From contig CAWFGE010000013.1 of NCBI GenBank assembly GCA_963815195.1, positions 160,001 through 224,000 of the forward strand: a stretch of DNA of 64,000 bases, written 5' to 3'. The position numbers and the translations under genes were made by a program. The notes beneath the pieces are model-generated. The model ran no database searches and had not been told where the DNA came from. It saw only the letters and a program-made list of their open reading frames with translations. Shown here one piece after another: positions 43,683-54,729 of this stretch; positions within the stretch are counted from its first letter, which is position 1; each line of letters starts with the position of its first letter. The DNA is from an uncultured Planctomycetaceae bacterium (GTDB lineage: Bacteria > Planctomycetota > Planctomycetia > Planctomycetales > Planctomycetaceae).

Positions 43683-44117
43683 TTACGGTTCGCCCAGTCC
43701 CTCTTCGAGTTGTTTCAGAATTTCCCGCAGAGCCTTCAGCCTTTGGAATTGTTGCATGGCCAGCGGAATGACGGGGAGCAGGTCCGAATACCGCACGGGA
43801 TCCTGCAGCACGGCCAGCACATTGGCGGAGTTTGGGTGCTCTAACAATTGGCCGCCGTGCCGGCCGATGATCACGATCGTGGGAATGGCCGTTTCGCCGG
43901 AGGCTTGCTGCACGGCTTTAAGGCCCTCGTCGTCGGGAAGCATTTCCTGCACGATCATCAGATCGGGCCGGTTCTGCTGGGCTTGCTTGACGAGTTCGGC
44001 TGCGTTTGCAGCCTGAATACACACGGCGTGCCCCATGTGCACGACCGCCGCGTGCAATGTATTGCGGCTGTCCGCGCTCTTGTGGACAATCGCGACCTGA
44101 AGCTTGTCTTCTACCAT
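43683..44117 (-). CDS. Pseudo-receiver protein related to REC-ANTAR regulators but lacking the ANTAR domain
   Basis: Aligns by eye with 15642-16229 (MGHAV..A....ELV......PDL; VLA.L..P...L...I.LA.Q.F....AL); phosphoacceptor Asp replaced by Gln. Confidence 0.7.
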   Translation of the reverse strand: MVEDKLQVAIVHKSADSRNTLHAAVVHMGHAVCIQAANAAELVKQAQQNRPDLMIVQEMLPDDEGLKAVQQASGETAIPTIVIIGRHGGQLLEHPNSANVLAVLQDPVRYSDLLPVIPLAMQQFQRLKALREILKQLEEGLGEP

Positions 44118-44177
44118 TCCTTGCCTCTGCCATCCCGCCAGGAATGTCGTCCCGCGTGTTGGAACCGCCCGCATGAC

Positions 44178-44295
44178 AAAAAAACCCGGCATCCACCAAA
44201 TGTGGAAACCGGGCGATCATCGCGATGAATTTATTGCCTATCGTCGGCAGTTGACTTACCTTCATTATCATATCGCACATTTTGTTAGCAGGCAA
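44178..44295 (-). promoter_or_regulatory. Sigma-70-like promoter and leader with two small hairpins and an intrinsic terminator (candidate attenuator)
   Basis: TTGCCT-N17-TATGAT (44295-44267); TGCC-GACGATA-GGCA; GC-GATGATC-GC; CCCGGTTTCCAC-ATTTG-GTGGATGCCGGG-T7. Confidence 0.6.
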
Positions 44296-44366
44296 GTTGA
44301 CAGGCTCTCGGATCTGCGAGATCCCTTTCGACCCGGCCAGGAACTTGGCGAATTTCGCACCGAGGC

Positions 44367-44507
44367 TCAAGAGGGGGGACGAGAACGCCGCTGGATCGCG
44401 ACAACGAGCAAAACGACGAGCAGCACCAGCAGGGCCAAGCCCAAAACCATGCCGATCCAGCCGATTCCCATCATCCAATTCCAACACGCGCGCATCATGG
44501 GTTGCAT
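44367..44507 (-). CDS. Small Met-containing single-TM protein
   Basis: GGAG RBS; MQPMMRACWNWMMGIGW followed by a hydrophobic helix. Confidence 0.6.
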   Translation of the reverse strand: MQPMMRACWNWMMGIGWIGMVLGLALLVLLVVLLVVAIQRRSRPPS

Positions 44508-44820
44508 GGCAAACTCCAAGTGGCCCGGTTCCACGAACTTTTTGTTTGGATCAGGGCGAATTTTCGCTCGGCAATTCGCCGTCCCGATCAAACTCACCCG
44601 ATTCATTCAATGATTTGAATCCTCGTGGAGAAAACCATCAGGGGACTCCCGCTCTTCGACCCAGGCGGATTTCCTATCCGAAGTGCATGGAGACTCCTCT
44701 TGCAAAAAATCCCAATCGGAACATGATGGAAACAGGGGCGAGGACGACAATTCTCACATTCGCAATGCTTCAAAGACAGAAAACCCCGAAGCCCAACTCA
44801 TTCCCACAAAGGAGGCCATT

Positions 44821-45411
44821 ATGAAACGCATGCTGTTGACTTTTTCGGGATTGGCACTTCTGCAGACCACGTTCATCGCGGCCGCGAATCAGCCGCCGCA
44901 AGGTGCGCCTCATCAACAACAACAACCAATGATGAACATGCAACGGATGATGCCGATGATGATGGAAATGCACAAACGCCATACCGCGACTGCCAATGCC
45001 TGGGCGGCGGGGCGAGACGGCGTCTTCGTGGTTCGCGATGGCAAACTTCTCAAGTACGGTGACAATCTCAAGATCGTGAAGACCGTTGACCTCCCCAAAG
45101 AGGAGATGCAAGACGCGGCACAGTCCTCGAAAACAGCCGCGGGGAAGTCCTCGTCAAATCGCCCCGCGAAACCGGGCCAGATGCAGCAGAAAATGAAGCA
45201 GATGATGGCCCAAATGCACGGCGGACTGCCGGTGGAGATTCACCTGACGAGGAAGGCGGTTTTCGTGTCCCAGGGGAACCACCTGTTGAGCTACGACCAC
45301 GATCTGAATTTGCAGGCCCAAACCGAACTCCCGGCCGTGCAGCCGAAGCCCTGTCCAATGTGCCAAATGATGATGCAAAAAATGCAGGAGAACCAGAACA
45401 ACGCCCCGTGA
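44821..45411 (+). CDS. Secreted Met-rich protein with a CPMC motif
   Basis: GGAGG RBS; signal peptide; three Met-rich stretches alternating with two similar beta-hairpin units; KPCPMCQMMMQKM. Confidence 0.75.
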   Translation: MKRMLLTFSGLALLQTTFIAAANQPPQGAPHQQQQPMMNMQRMMPMMMEMHKRHTATANAWAAGRDGVFVVRDGKLLKYGDNLKIVKTVDLPKEEMQDAAQSSKTAAGKSSSNRPAKPGQMQQKMKQMMAQMHGGLPVEIHLTRKAVFVSQGNHLLSYDHDLNLQAQTELPAVQPKPCPMCQMMMQKMQENQNNAP

Positions 45412-45750
45412 GACTCCTTCACACTCTGCCTCATCCTTCTGGACGAAGTACGCCGGCGGCAAATCCTTCGCGAACACGTTTCAGCTCTCCGAACGTGAAA
45501 GACCGGCTGGACGACAGCCGTTTCGTTTATATCGCCGCCGGGATCAAGCCAGGAATCGGTCGAAAAGGTGTTCCGCGAGTTTCGGATTCGTTGTCAGCTG
45601 CGAGAATAACACATCCACGGGAGTCGGATGGGAACTCGCCCCGCGTCCCGTTTCCGCCGGCCGATGGTGCTGATCGTGCCCGTCGCTTCGCGGGATTATA
45701 ACCGTAGCGGGTGCCCCTGCAAAAAGGTACGCCAGTTCTCCATGTGAATT

Positions 45751-48700
45751 CTACGTTTGGATCGTGACCAACAGGTCGCCGGTTTCGACGTTCGTGCCGG
45801 GATGCACGTGGATCTCCGCCACTTGGCCCGCGGTCTCGGCGGCGATGATCGTTTGCATTTTCATGGCTTCGAGCATCAACAGTTTCTGGCCTTTGACGAC
45901 GGAATCGCCTTTCCGCACCGCGACGTTCACCACCATGCCGGGCATCGTCGCACCGACGTGGCCGGGATTCTTGGGATCGGCTTTGGGCCTCCGGGGCGTT
46001 TCGGGTTCCAAAGCGCGGTCGAGCACCGTGACCTCGCGCGGCTGGCCGTTGAGTTCAAAGAACACCGTCCTCCGGCCGTCTTCGTGCGGCTCGCCGATGG
46101 TCAAAAACTTGATGATCAGCGTCTTGCCCGGTTCGATGTCGGCTGCGATTTCCTCGCCGGGCTCGAGGCCGTAAAAGAACACGGGCGTCGGCAGGATGGA
46201 GGTGTCGCCAAACTTCTGCTGATGCTTCGCGAAATCGGTGAAGACCTCGGGATAAAGTAAATCGGAAAGGATTTCCCGCTGGCTCGGCTTGTGATCCAAG
46301 AGCGGGCGGATCGTCTCGGCGGTCTCGTCAAAGTCGGCCGCGGGCAGACTGGCACCGGGCCGGCCGCGGAGCGGTTTCTCGCCGCGGAGGATTCGTTCCC
46401 GCACCTTTTTCGGAAAGCCGCCCGGCGTTTGCCCCATCTTACCGCTGACCAATTCGACGACCGACTGGGGAAACGCAAGTTCCCGCGAGCCGGAGAGCAC
46501 ATCCTCGGCCGACATCTCGTTGGCAATCAGAAACAGCGCCATATCGCCGACGGCTTTCGAGGTGGGCGTGACTTTCACAATGTCGCCTAAGAGCGTGTTG
46601 ACATCGGCATAGACCCGGCAGACCTCGGCCCAGCGGTCGGCGAGGCCCAAAGCCCGCGCCTGCTGGAACAGATTGGAATACTGCCCGCCCGGCATCTCAT
46701 GCTGATACAAATCCGCTCCCGCCGGCAGCACCGGGCTTTCAAACGGACTGTAGAACTCGCGGACGGCCCGCCAATACTCGGCGAGTTGGTCGAGATGATC
46801 CGGGGTAAACCCGTGTCGCGCGCGGTGAACCGCAGAGCTTCGACGACGGTGTTCAAGTTCGGCTGCGACGTTCCGCCGGAGAGCGGGGCCATCGCGGCAT
46901 CGGCGATGTCCAGCCCGACTTCCGCCCCCTTGAGGATCGCCCCCGCCTGAATGCCCGCCGTGTCGTGCGTGTGGAAGTGGATCGGAATGCCGATCTCCTG
47001 CCGGAGCGTGCGGACTAAAATTTCGGCCGCGTAAGGCTTGCACAAGCCCGCCATATCCTTGATGGCCAGAATGTGCGCTCCCATCTGCTCGAGTTCCTTG
47101 GCCATCTCGACGTAGTATTTCAGATCGTACTTCGTGCGGTGCGGGTTGAGGATGTCCCCGGTGTAGCAGATGACGGCTTCGCAAATCGCGCCGCTCTTGA
47201 GCACCGCGTTCATCGCGACCTTCATGTTGGGAACCCAGTTCAGCGCATCGAACACGCGGAACACGTCGATCCCCGCATCAGCCGCCTCCGCGACGAAGGC
47301 TTTGACCACGTTGTCCGGGTAATTCGTGTAGCCCACCGCGTTCGAGGCCCGGAGCAGCATTTGAAACAGGATGTTCGGAATCCGCTCCCGCAATTCCGCC
47401 AACCGCTGCCAGGGGCTTTCCTTCAAAAACCGCATCGAGGTGTCGAACGTCGCCCCGCCCCACATTTCAATGGAGAACAGTTCGGGGCACAGCCGGGCAT
47501 AGGCGTCCGCGATTTGCAAGAGATCAAAAGTCCGCACCCGCGTGGCAAGGAGCGATTGATGGGCATCGCGGAAAGTCGTGTCGGTCATCAGCAGCTTTTT
47601 CTGGCCGCGAATCCACTTCGCGAACTCCTCGGGGCCGAGCCCGTGGAGCTTCTGCCGCATGCCGTCGGGGATTTTTTGGGACTCCTTCACCCGAGGCACC
47701 GGGGCGGGCGATCGGCGGATCGCGGGGGGCCGGTCTTTCACCAGCGGGTTGCCGTTGACGAGCACTTCCGCGAGATACGCGAGCAGCTTCGTGGCCCGGT
47801 CCCGGCGGGTCGGGAACTTGAACAGCTCTTTGGTCTCATCGATGAACCGCGTGGTGCAGCGGCCCTGCATGAAGGTCGGGTGCATCACGAGGCGGATCAA
47901 AAACGGGATGTTCGTCTTCACGCCGCGGATGCGAAACTCCTGCAGGCAGCGTTCCATCCGCCGGGCGGCATCGGGAAAGGCCCGCGCCCACGCCGTGACT
48001 TTGACCAACAGCGAATCGTAAAACGGCTGCACCACCGCCCCGGAAAACGCCGTCCCCGCATCCAGCCGAATGCCCATCCCGCTCGCCGAGCGGTAATGCA
48101 CAATCCGGCCGTAGTCCGGCATGAACTTGTTGGTCGGATCTTCGGTGGTGACTCGGCATTGAATGGCGAAGCCGTGCGTCGCCACCGCATCCTGCGACGG
48201 CAAACCGATGCCGGGGTCATCCAGCGGCAAGCCCTGGGCGATCTGGATTTGCGACTTGACCAGATCGACGCCGGTGACTTGCTCGGTCACCGTGTGCTCG
48301 ACCTGAATCCGCGGGTTGACTTCGATGAAATAAAACTGGTTGGTGTCGGTATCGACGAGAAACTCCACGGTCCCGGCGTTCTCGTATTGCACTTCGCTGC
48401 CGATCTTGATCGCCGCGTCGCAGAGAGCCTTTCGCACCGCGGGATCGAGATTCGGAGCGGGGGCGATCTCGACGACCTTTTGATGCCGGCGTTGGACGGA
48501 GCAATCCCGCTCGAACAGGTGCACCAGGTTTCCGTGGGAATCGCCCAGAATCTGGACTTCGATGTGCCTGGCCCGCTCGATGAATTTCTCGAGAAAGATT
48601 TCCGGGCTGCCGAAGGCGGTCAGCGATTCCCGCTGGGCCTGCTCGAAGGCGGACTCGAACTCGCCCGCTTCGCGGACGACGCGCATCCCGCGGCCGCCGC

Positions 48701-49196
48701 CGCCGTGGGCCGCTTTAAGGATGATCGGAAAACCGACTTTGGCTGCGAGTTTTTTCCCCTGCGCTGCGTCGCGGATGGCATTCTGGCTGCCGCCCAATAC
48801 GGGAACGCCGGCTTTCTCCGCGATGGTGCGGGCGGTGATTTTGTCGCCCAGTTGCTTGAGCGTCTCCACCCGCGGCCCGACAAACACAATTCCCGCATCT
48901 TCACACGCCTGGGCCAGCGCGGGGTTTTCCGAGAGAAAGCCATAGCCCGGATGGATCGCATCGATTTCGTGCTCTTTGGCTAGATCGATGATGGGCTCGA
49001 CGTTCAGATACGACTGAATCGGCTCGCCGGCTTTGCCGATTTCGTAGGCTTCATCGGCCTTGAAGCGGTGCAGCGCGTAGCGGTCTTCGTGGGAATAGAG
49101 GCCGACCGTGCGGATGCCCAGTTCGTGGGCGCTTCGAAAAATGCGAATCGCGATCTCGCTGCGGTTCGCGGCCAATAATTTGGTGATACGAGGCAT
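45751..49196 (-). CDS. pyc: Pyruvate carboxylase (frameshift ~46810)
   Basis: ANRSEIA biotin carboxylase; RDAHQSL, WGGATFD, HFHTHD carboxyltransferase; EAMKM biotin site. Confidence 0.95.
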
Positions 49197-49557
49197 ACTC
49201 ATTAAAACCTTTGCGGGAAAAACCGACATGTATTGCCAGCGCGGGGGTCCGTCAAACAATCGAAAACGGATAACGCACCGATAGCGTTTCAGAGGCCGTT
49301 CCGCAAGCGCGGCGGCGGATGCCTTCCAAAATCGCCGCGAAGTGGCATTTCGAGCCGCTCAAAGCTGAGGATCCTCCCTCTACACGCGGAGGAATTCTGC
49401 TATCATCAACCTGCGAGCCGCTTCAATCGTTCTGGGGGCGGCTCGATTTTTATCCGTCACCTGTTGTCATTCCGCGGCCCACCCCTTGAGGACGGGCGAA
49501 ACTGCGCGGAATCCTCATCCCGATGCGTTTGTCTTGCCGTGATTGATCGAGGTCGGA

Positions 49558-50898
49558 ATGTACCAAGCCTTGATGTATCCCGAACTGAAGCTCCTCCTGG
49601 AAGAGAACGACGTGGCCGGCATGGCCGAGTTCTGCGACGTTCTGCACCCGGCGGTCACGGCGGAGGTCTTGGAAAAGCTCGATCCCGCCGAGGCCTGGAA
49701 GGTGCTCAAAACCAGCAAGCTCGAACGGCAGGTGGAGATTCTCGAATACATGAGCCTGCCGGGGCAGGTGGACCTGGTGAATTTCATCGACCGCAAGCGG
49801 CTCACGCGGCTCCTGGAGGAAATGTCGCCGGACGACCGCGTGGACCTCTTGTCCCGCATGAAGCCGGAGAAGGTCGAAAACCTGCTTCCGTCGATCGCCC
49901 AGGCCGAGCGCAACGACATCCGCCGGCTCTTAAGCTACCCGGAGCACAGTGCCGGGGCGATCATGACGACGGAATACGCCTCGCTGCCGGAGGAGATCAC
50001 CGCCCGCGAAGCCTTGGATCGGCTTCGCGTGCAGGCTCCGGACAGGGAGACGATTTATTACGTGTTTATCATCGATGAAGGCCGGCGGCTGCACGGATTG
50101 ATTTCGCTCCGCGATTTGATCCTGGCGAAACCGGCGCGAAACTCGCGGACATCATGCAGAAGGATGTGATCTCCGTCCGCGTGACCGACGACCAGGAAAT
50201 CGTCGCCCAGGAGCTTGCCCGTTACGACTTTCTCGCGATCCCGGTCGTCGACACCCAGAACCAGTTGGTGGGGATCGTCACGCACGACGATGTGCTCGAC
50301 GTGATTCGGGAAGAAGCCACCGAAGACGCCCAGCGAATGGGCGGGATGCAGCCCTTGGAAGACAGCTATCTCACCACGTCGTTGGTCACCCTGACGTGGA
50401 AGCGGGATCTGGCTGATGCTGCTTCTCGGGGCCGCCTTGGGAACGGCGACCGTGCTCAATCAGTACCAATCCGTCTCGGCCAAATATCCCTGGATGATTT
50501 TGTTCTTCCCGATGGTGCTCGCCAGCGGCGGGAACGCCGGCTCGCAGTCGGCCACGCTGGTGATCCGCACGTTGGCGTTGGGGGAAACCAGCGGGCGGAT
50601 CGCGATCCGCATTGCCATGCGGGAGTTGCTGCTCGCTTCGCAGTTGGGCGGGACGCTCGCGGTGATCGCGTTCGGCTTCGCGCTCATTTTTGAGGAGGCG
50701 CACCGCGCCGTCATCGTCGCGGGAACCGTGCTGTTGGTGGTCATCATGGGGGCGATCACGGGCGCGATGCTGCCGTTGGGCTTCAAGCGATTGGGAATGG
50801 ACCCGGCCCTGATGTCGAACCCTCTGATCGCCGCCATCTCGGATATGGTGGGCGTTTTGATCTATTACAACGTGGCCCTGTTGCTGTTGGGGCCGTAA
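49558..50898 (+). CDS. mgtE: Magnesium transporter MgtE (frameshifts ~50140, ~50405)
   Basis: Acidic N domain, AGAIMTTEY CBS pair, GGNAGSQSAT, DPALMSNPLI..ISD. Confidence 0.9.
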
Positions 50899-51114
50899 TC
50901 GAAAACGCAAACGCGCAAAGGTAGATCGCCGGGATCCATCAAATCGAAGCCCGAGCCGAAGGCGGCGTTCGGCCCGTTGCCGTTTTCGTCGCTGCGGTTT
51001 GGTTGGGTGGGAAGGAATGGCTCGCTTTACTCGAATGGGCCGCATGAGTAGAGTCGGTTGGGTTTCCTTTTCCGATCGATGGACTTCTTTGAGTTTTCCC
51101 AGCGAGAGTTTTTC

Positions 51115-52941
51115 ATGCCGGCGGATCTCTTGCCTTGGCTGGCGACGCTGCCGATCGTGGTGGTGGGCGGGTTTCTGGTGATTTTGCGTCTGCCCGCGAG
51201 CCGGGTGATGCCGTTGTCGTATCTGACGGCCGCCGGCCTGGCGTGGTGGGTATGGAAAGTGCCGGAACTGCAAATCGCCGCCGCGACGGTGCGGGGATTG
51301 GTGATCGCGGCGGAGCTGCTTTACATCGTGTTCGGCGCGATTTTGCTCTTGAACACGCTCCACGAAAGCGGCGCGCTGCGGGCGATTCGCCGGGGCTTCA
51401 CCGACATCTCGCCCGACCGCCGGGTGCAGGTGATTATCATCGCGTGGCTGTTCGGTTCGTTTATCGAGGGGGCTTCGGGGTTCGGCACGCCGGCGGCGGT
51501 CGCGGTGCCGTTGTTGGTGGGCTTGGGCTTTCCGCCGATGGCCGCGGTCGTGGCGGGGATGATGATCCAAAGCACGCCGGTGTCGTTTGGCGCCTTGGGC
51601 ACGCCGATTCTCGTCGGCGTGAACCAGGGGCTAGGCGACAACGCCGACGTGATTGCGTTCATGAAGTCCGCGGGCTTCGTGGGAGCCGGCGGCGAGGTGC
51701 TAAGGCCCGCGTTTTTGGTGATGATGGCGGGCAAGGTCGCCGTTTTGCACGCCGCGGTCGGCACGTTCATTCCGCTATGCGTCGTGGCGACGATGACGCG
51801 GTTCTTCGGTCCCCACCGTTCCTTCGCCGAGGGGCTTAAGGTTTGGAAGTTCGCCCTGTTCGCGGCGGTTTCGATGACGGCTCCCTATCTGGCCGTCGCC
51901 TGGTTTTTGGGGCCGGAGTTTCCTTCCCTCATCGGCGGACTGATCGGCCTCGCGGTCGTGGTCTCCGCGGCGAAAGCGGGCTTTCTGATCCCGCGGGGAA
52001 CGCCTTGGGACTTTGCTCCGCCCGAAGAATGGCCCTCCGATTGGACGGGCCTGTTGCACGTCGAAGAACCCGCGAAGACCGAAGCGCCGATGGGCTTGTT
52101 CCAAGCCTGGTTTCCGTATGTGCTCTTGGCGTTATTGCTGGTCGCGACCCGCGTGCCGGCGTTTCACATCGTGGATTGGCTCAAAGCCGACGCGGTGACG
52201 ATTTCGCTCAAGAACATATTTGGGACGGAGATCAATTACGACTCGCGGATTCTCTATGTGCCGGGGACGATTTTTCTGGTCGTGTCGTTCTTCACGTTCT
52301 TTCTTCACGGGATGAAGCCAGCCGGCTACAAGCGGGCCTGGGTGAACTCGGGGAAGACGATTCTCACCGCGTCGGTGGCGCTCGTGTTTACGGTGCCGAT
52401 GGTGCAGGTCTTTATCAATTCCAGCGGCGGCGCGGCGGGTTATACGGATATGCCGCAGGTTCTCGCGGACGGCGTGGCTGGGGCGGCCGGGTCGGCGTGG
52501 CCGTTTTTCTCGCCGTTCATCGGCGGGTTCGGAGCCTTCGTCGCGGGGAGCAACACGGTGAGCAACATGATGTTTTCGCTGTTCCAATTCGGCGTGGGGG
52601 AAAAGATCGGCGTCGATCCCTCGTGGATTGTCGCCCTTCAAGCCGTGGGCGGAGCCGCGGGCAACACGATCTGCGTGCACAACGTTGTCGCGGCCTCGGC
52701 CGTGGTGGGCATGGCCGGCCGCGAAGGCGCCGTCATCCGCAAAACCCTGCCTTTATTCGCGGGCTATTCGCTCCTGGCGGGCAGCCTGGGGTATGCGATC
52801 GTCATGGCTCCGTTGCGGGGTTGGTTCAATCTCGGCAGCGTTGTGTTTGCGATTCTGATCGTCGGCTTGATCGCCTGGACCGCAACACAACTGAACGCCG
52901 CCTCAAATGGCGATGCGATGGATCTCAACTCGCCGCGTTAA
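51115..52941 (+). CDS. L-lactate permease family transporter
   Basis: [43 protein letters not shown]. Confidence 0.92.
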   Translation: MPADLLPWLATLPIVVVGGFLVILRLPASRVMPLSYLTAAGLAWWVWKVPELQIAAATVRGLVIAAELLYIVFGAILLLNTLHESGALRAIRRGFTDISPDRRVQVIIIAWLFGSFIEGASGFGTPAAVAVPLLVGLGFPPMAAVVAGMMIQSTPVSFGALGTPILVGVNQGLGDNADVIAFMKSAGFVGAGGEVLRPAFLVMMAGKVAVLHAAVGTFIPLCVVATMTRFFGPHRSFAEGLKVWKFALFAAVSMTAPYLAVAWFLGPEFPSLIGGLIGLAVVVSAAKAGFLIPRGTPWDFAPPEEWPSDWTGLLHVEEPAKTEAPMGLFQAWFPYVLLALLLVATRVPAFHIVDWLKADAVTISLKNIFGTEINYDSRILYVPGTIFLVVSFFTFFLHGMKPAGYKRAWVNSGKTILTASVALVFTVPMVQVFINSSGGAAGYTDMPQVLADGVAGAAGSAWPFFSPFIGGFGAFVAGSNTVSNMMFSLFQFGVGEKIGVDPSWIVALQAVGGAAGNTICVHNVVAASAVVGMAGREGAVIRKTLPLFAGYSLLAGSLGYAIVMAPLRGWFNLGSVVFAILIVGLIAWTATQLNAASNGDAMDLNSPR

Positions 52942-52974
52942 TCTCGTTACCTTCCATATTGGATTGAAATTCTC

Positions 52975-53727
52975 ATGTCCAAAAACTTTCGCGCGGAACT
53001 GCGGAGCAAGAAGCGGCTCTGGGGAACGATGGTCACGCTGCCCACGCCGGCGACGGCGGAGATTCTGGCGGATTTGGGGTTTGATTGGCTGTTCATCGAC
53101 GGCGAGCACGGGCCTTTGGAGACGGCGGAGATTCTGGGCATCCTGCAAACGGTGGGCGAGAAGGCCGCGTGCCTGGTGCGCGTGCCCGTCGCGGAAGAGA
53201 CGCCGATCAAAAAGGTCCTGGACCTGGGCGCGGCGGGGATTATCGCTCCGCAGGTCAACACGGCCCCACACGCGGCGAAGATCGTCGCGTGGTCGCGGTA
53301 TGCCCCGTTGGGTTCGCGGGGCGTGGGTTTGGCCCGCGCTCATGGCTACGGGCTCCGGTTTCAGGAGTATGTGGAATCCGCGAACGAGCAGGTGGCGGTC
53401 GTGGTGCAAGCCGAGCACGTCCGGGCCGTGGAGAACATCGAATCCATCGTCCAAGTCGAAGGCGTGGATGCGGTGCTGTTGGGGCCTTACGATCTTTCCG
53501 CCAGCCTCGGCAAGATGGGCCGGATCGACGATCCCGAAGTCGTCCAGGCGATCGAGCACATCACCCAAACCTGCCTGGCAGCGGGAATGCCGCTGGGCTA
53601 TTTCGGCGTCACGGCGGAGGCGGTCAAGCCTTACGTCCAAAAGGGCTACACGCTGATCGTCGCCGGCGTGGATACGCTGCTTCTGGGAACCGCCGCGGCC
53701 CGGCTGCTCGGGAAACTCAAGGAATAA
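52975..53727 (+). CDS. HpcH/HpaI family class II aldolase
   Basis: GFDWLFIDGEHG, LDLGAAGI..PQV, YAPLGSRG, QAE, GPYDLS. Confidence 0.92.
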   Translation: MSKNFRAELRSKKRLWGTMVTLPTPATAEILADLGFDWLFIDGEHGPLETAEILGILQTVGEKAACLVRVPVAEETPIKKVLDLGAAGIIAPQVNTAPHAAKIVAWSRYAPLGSRGVGLARAHGYGLRFQEYVESANEQVAVVVQAEHVRAVENIESIVQVEGVDAVLLGPYDLSASLGKMGRIDDPEVVQAIEHITQTCLAAGMPLGYFGVTAEAVKPYVQKGYTLIVAGVDTLLLGTAAARLLGKLKE

Positions 53728-53920
53728 CCCAGAGGAAATGCCCGATCCCCCGCGTCCACAAACCGGGCGGGGGCTGCTTAAACTCCGTGCAGGGATTGCA
53801 AGCACGACCCGCGGATTACATTCCGGCAGGGCATTTTTTTCAGGAGTTCGGCGGCGAAATCCCGCGGGACTCCCATCGTTTTTCGCGATCCGACCTTCTT
53901 TCACAAGAACTTGACATGAT

Positions 53921-53936
53921 TGGCATTGGGATTGCT
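53921..53936 (+). promoter_or_regulatory. Sigma-54 (-24/-12) promoter
   Basis: TGGCA-TTGGGA-TTGCT, about 65 nt upstream of the BON gene. Confidence 0.65.
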
Positions 53937-54002
53937 TCTTTAGCGGAAGACCCCAAAACCCCTCCGCCTCCGATGCTCCTCATGCGAAAGGAAGTCCCAT
54001 CG

Positions 54003-54239
54003 ATGATCGCCACCCGCACGCCCGTCAGCGAAAGCGAAGTCCTGCGTCAAGCCCGGCATGCGTTGACTCTCCGGCTGTCGAAGCTCAGCCAGCATTTGAC
54101 TTGTGAATTTCGCGAAGGGCTGTTGCTGTTGCGCGGGCGGGTTTCGTCGTATTATTACAAGCAAGTCGCACAGGAAGCGGTGCTCCGATTGGACGCGGTG
54201 GAACAAGTCGTCAACCAGATTGAAGTGAATCCCGTTTAG
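54003..54239 (+). CDS. Small stand-alone BON domain protein
   Basis: LLLRGRVSSYYYKQVAQEAV...VVNQIEV; AAGGAAG RBS. Confidence 0.85.
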   Translation: MIATRTPVSESEVLRQARHALTLRLSKLSQHLTCEFREGLLLLRGRVSSYYYKQVAQEAVLRLDAVEQVVNQIEVNPV

Positions 54240-54259
54240 TTCCGCGAAAGGCCGACGCC

Positions 54260-54628
54260 ATGCGAGCGCGACTTTTTCCCATGGACGATTCGCGGGGTCA
54301 ATCTCCCCTTGTGCTCGATTCCTTTCCCGTGATTTTAGGAATAGGGGACGATGCCCGGTTGCAAATTTCCGAAGAGCCCGCAAAAGCCCCGTACTGCCAG
54401 ATTGATCTGGAACAGGGCACGCTGGTGGCCGTCGATCTGGATTCTCCGGACGGAACCTGGGTTAACGGGGAGTCGATCCAGCAAGCACCGCTGATGCCCG
54501 GCGACAAGCTCGTGATCGGGCAAAGCGAGTTGGTTGTCTCGTACGAACGCCTCACCCGCCGCCCGCCGCCCGATGTTTTCTACCGCAGCGATTCGCCGGC
54601 TCCCGTCGCGAGCGATGTCGGGGAATAG
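54260..54628 (+). CDS. FHA domain protein (degenerate)
   Basis: VDLDSPDGTWVNG...LMPGDKLVIG; canonical GR and SxxH residues absent. Confidence 0.8.
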   Translation: MRARLFPMDDSRGQSPLVLDSFPVILGIGDDARLQISEEPAKAPYCQIDLEQGTLVAVDLDSPDGTWVNGESIQQAPLMPGDKLVIGQSELVVSYERLTRRPPPDVFYRSDSPAPVASDVGE

Positions 54629-54655
54629 TTCAATTTCAGTCGCTCCAAAAGGGAA

Positions 54656-54725
54656 GAGCCGCGCACGAAGCAAGCGGTTTTGCGATGTCTGATCTCTTGA
54701 AAACCGCTTACTTCGTGCGCGGCTC
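54656..54725. repeat. Palindrome of the GAGCCGCGCACGAAG family between convergent genes
   Basis: 26-bp stem with one mismatch; same outer arms as 16247-16307. Confidence 0.85.
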
Positions 54726-54729
54726 AAGG

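Noticed and set aside
49260..49557. M-box riboswitch upstream of mgtE
   Set aside because: No recognisable conserved sequence or terminator by eye; an Rfam scan would settle it
45751..50898. Programmed frameshifting in pyc or mgtE
   Set aside because: No slippery heptamer with a stimulatory structure; the window-wide indel rate explains the breaks
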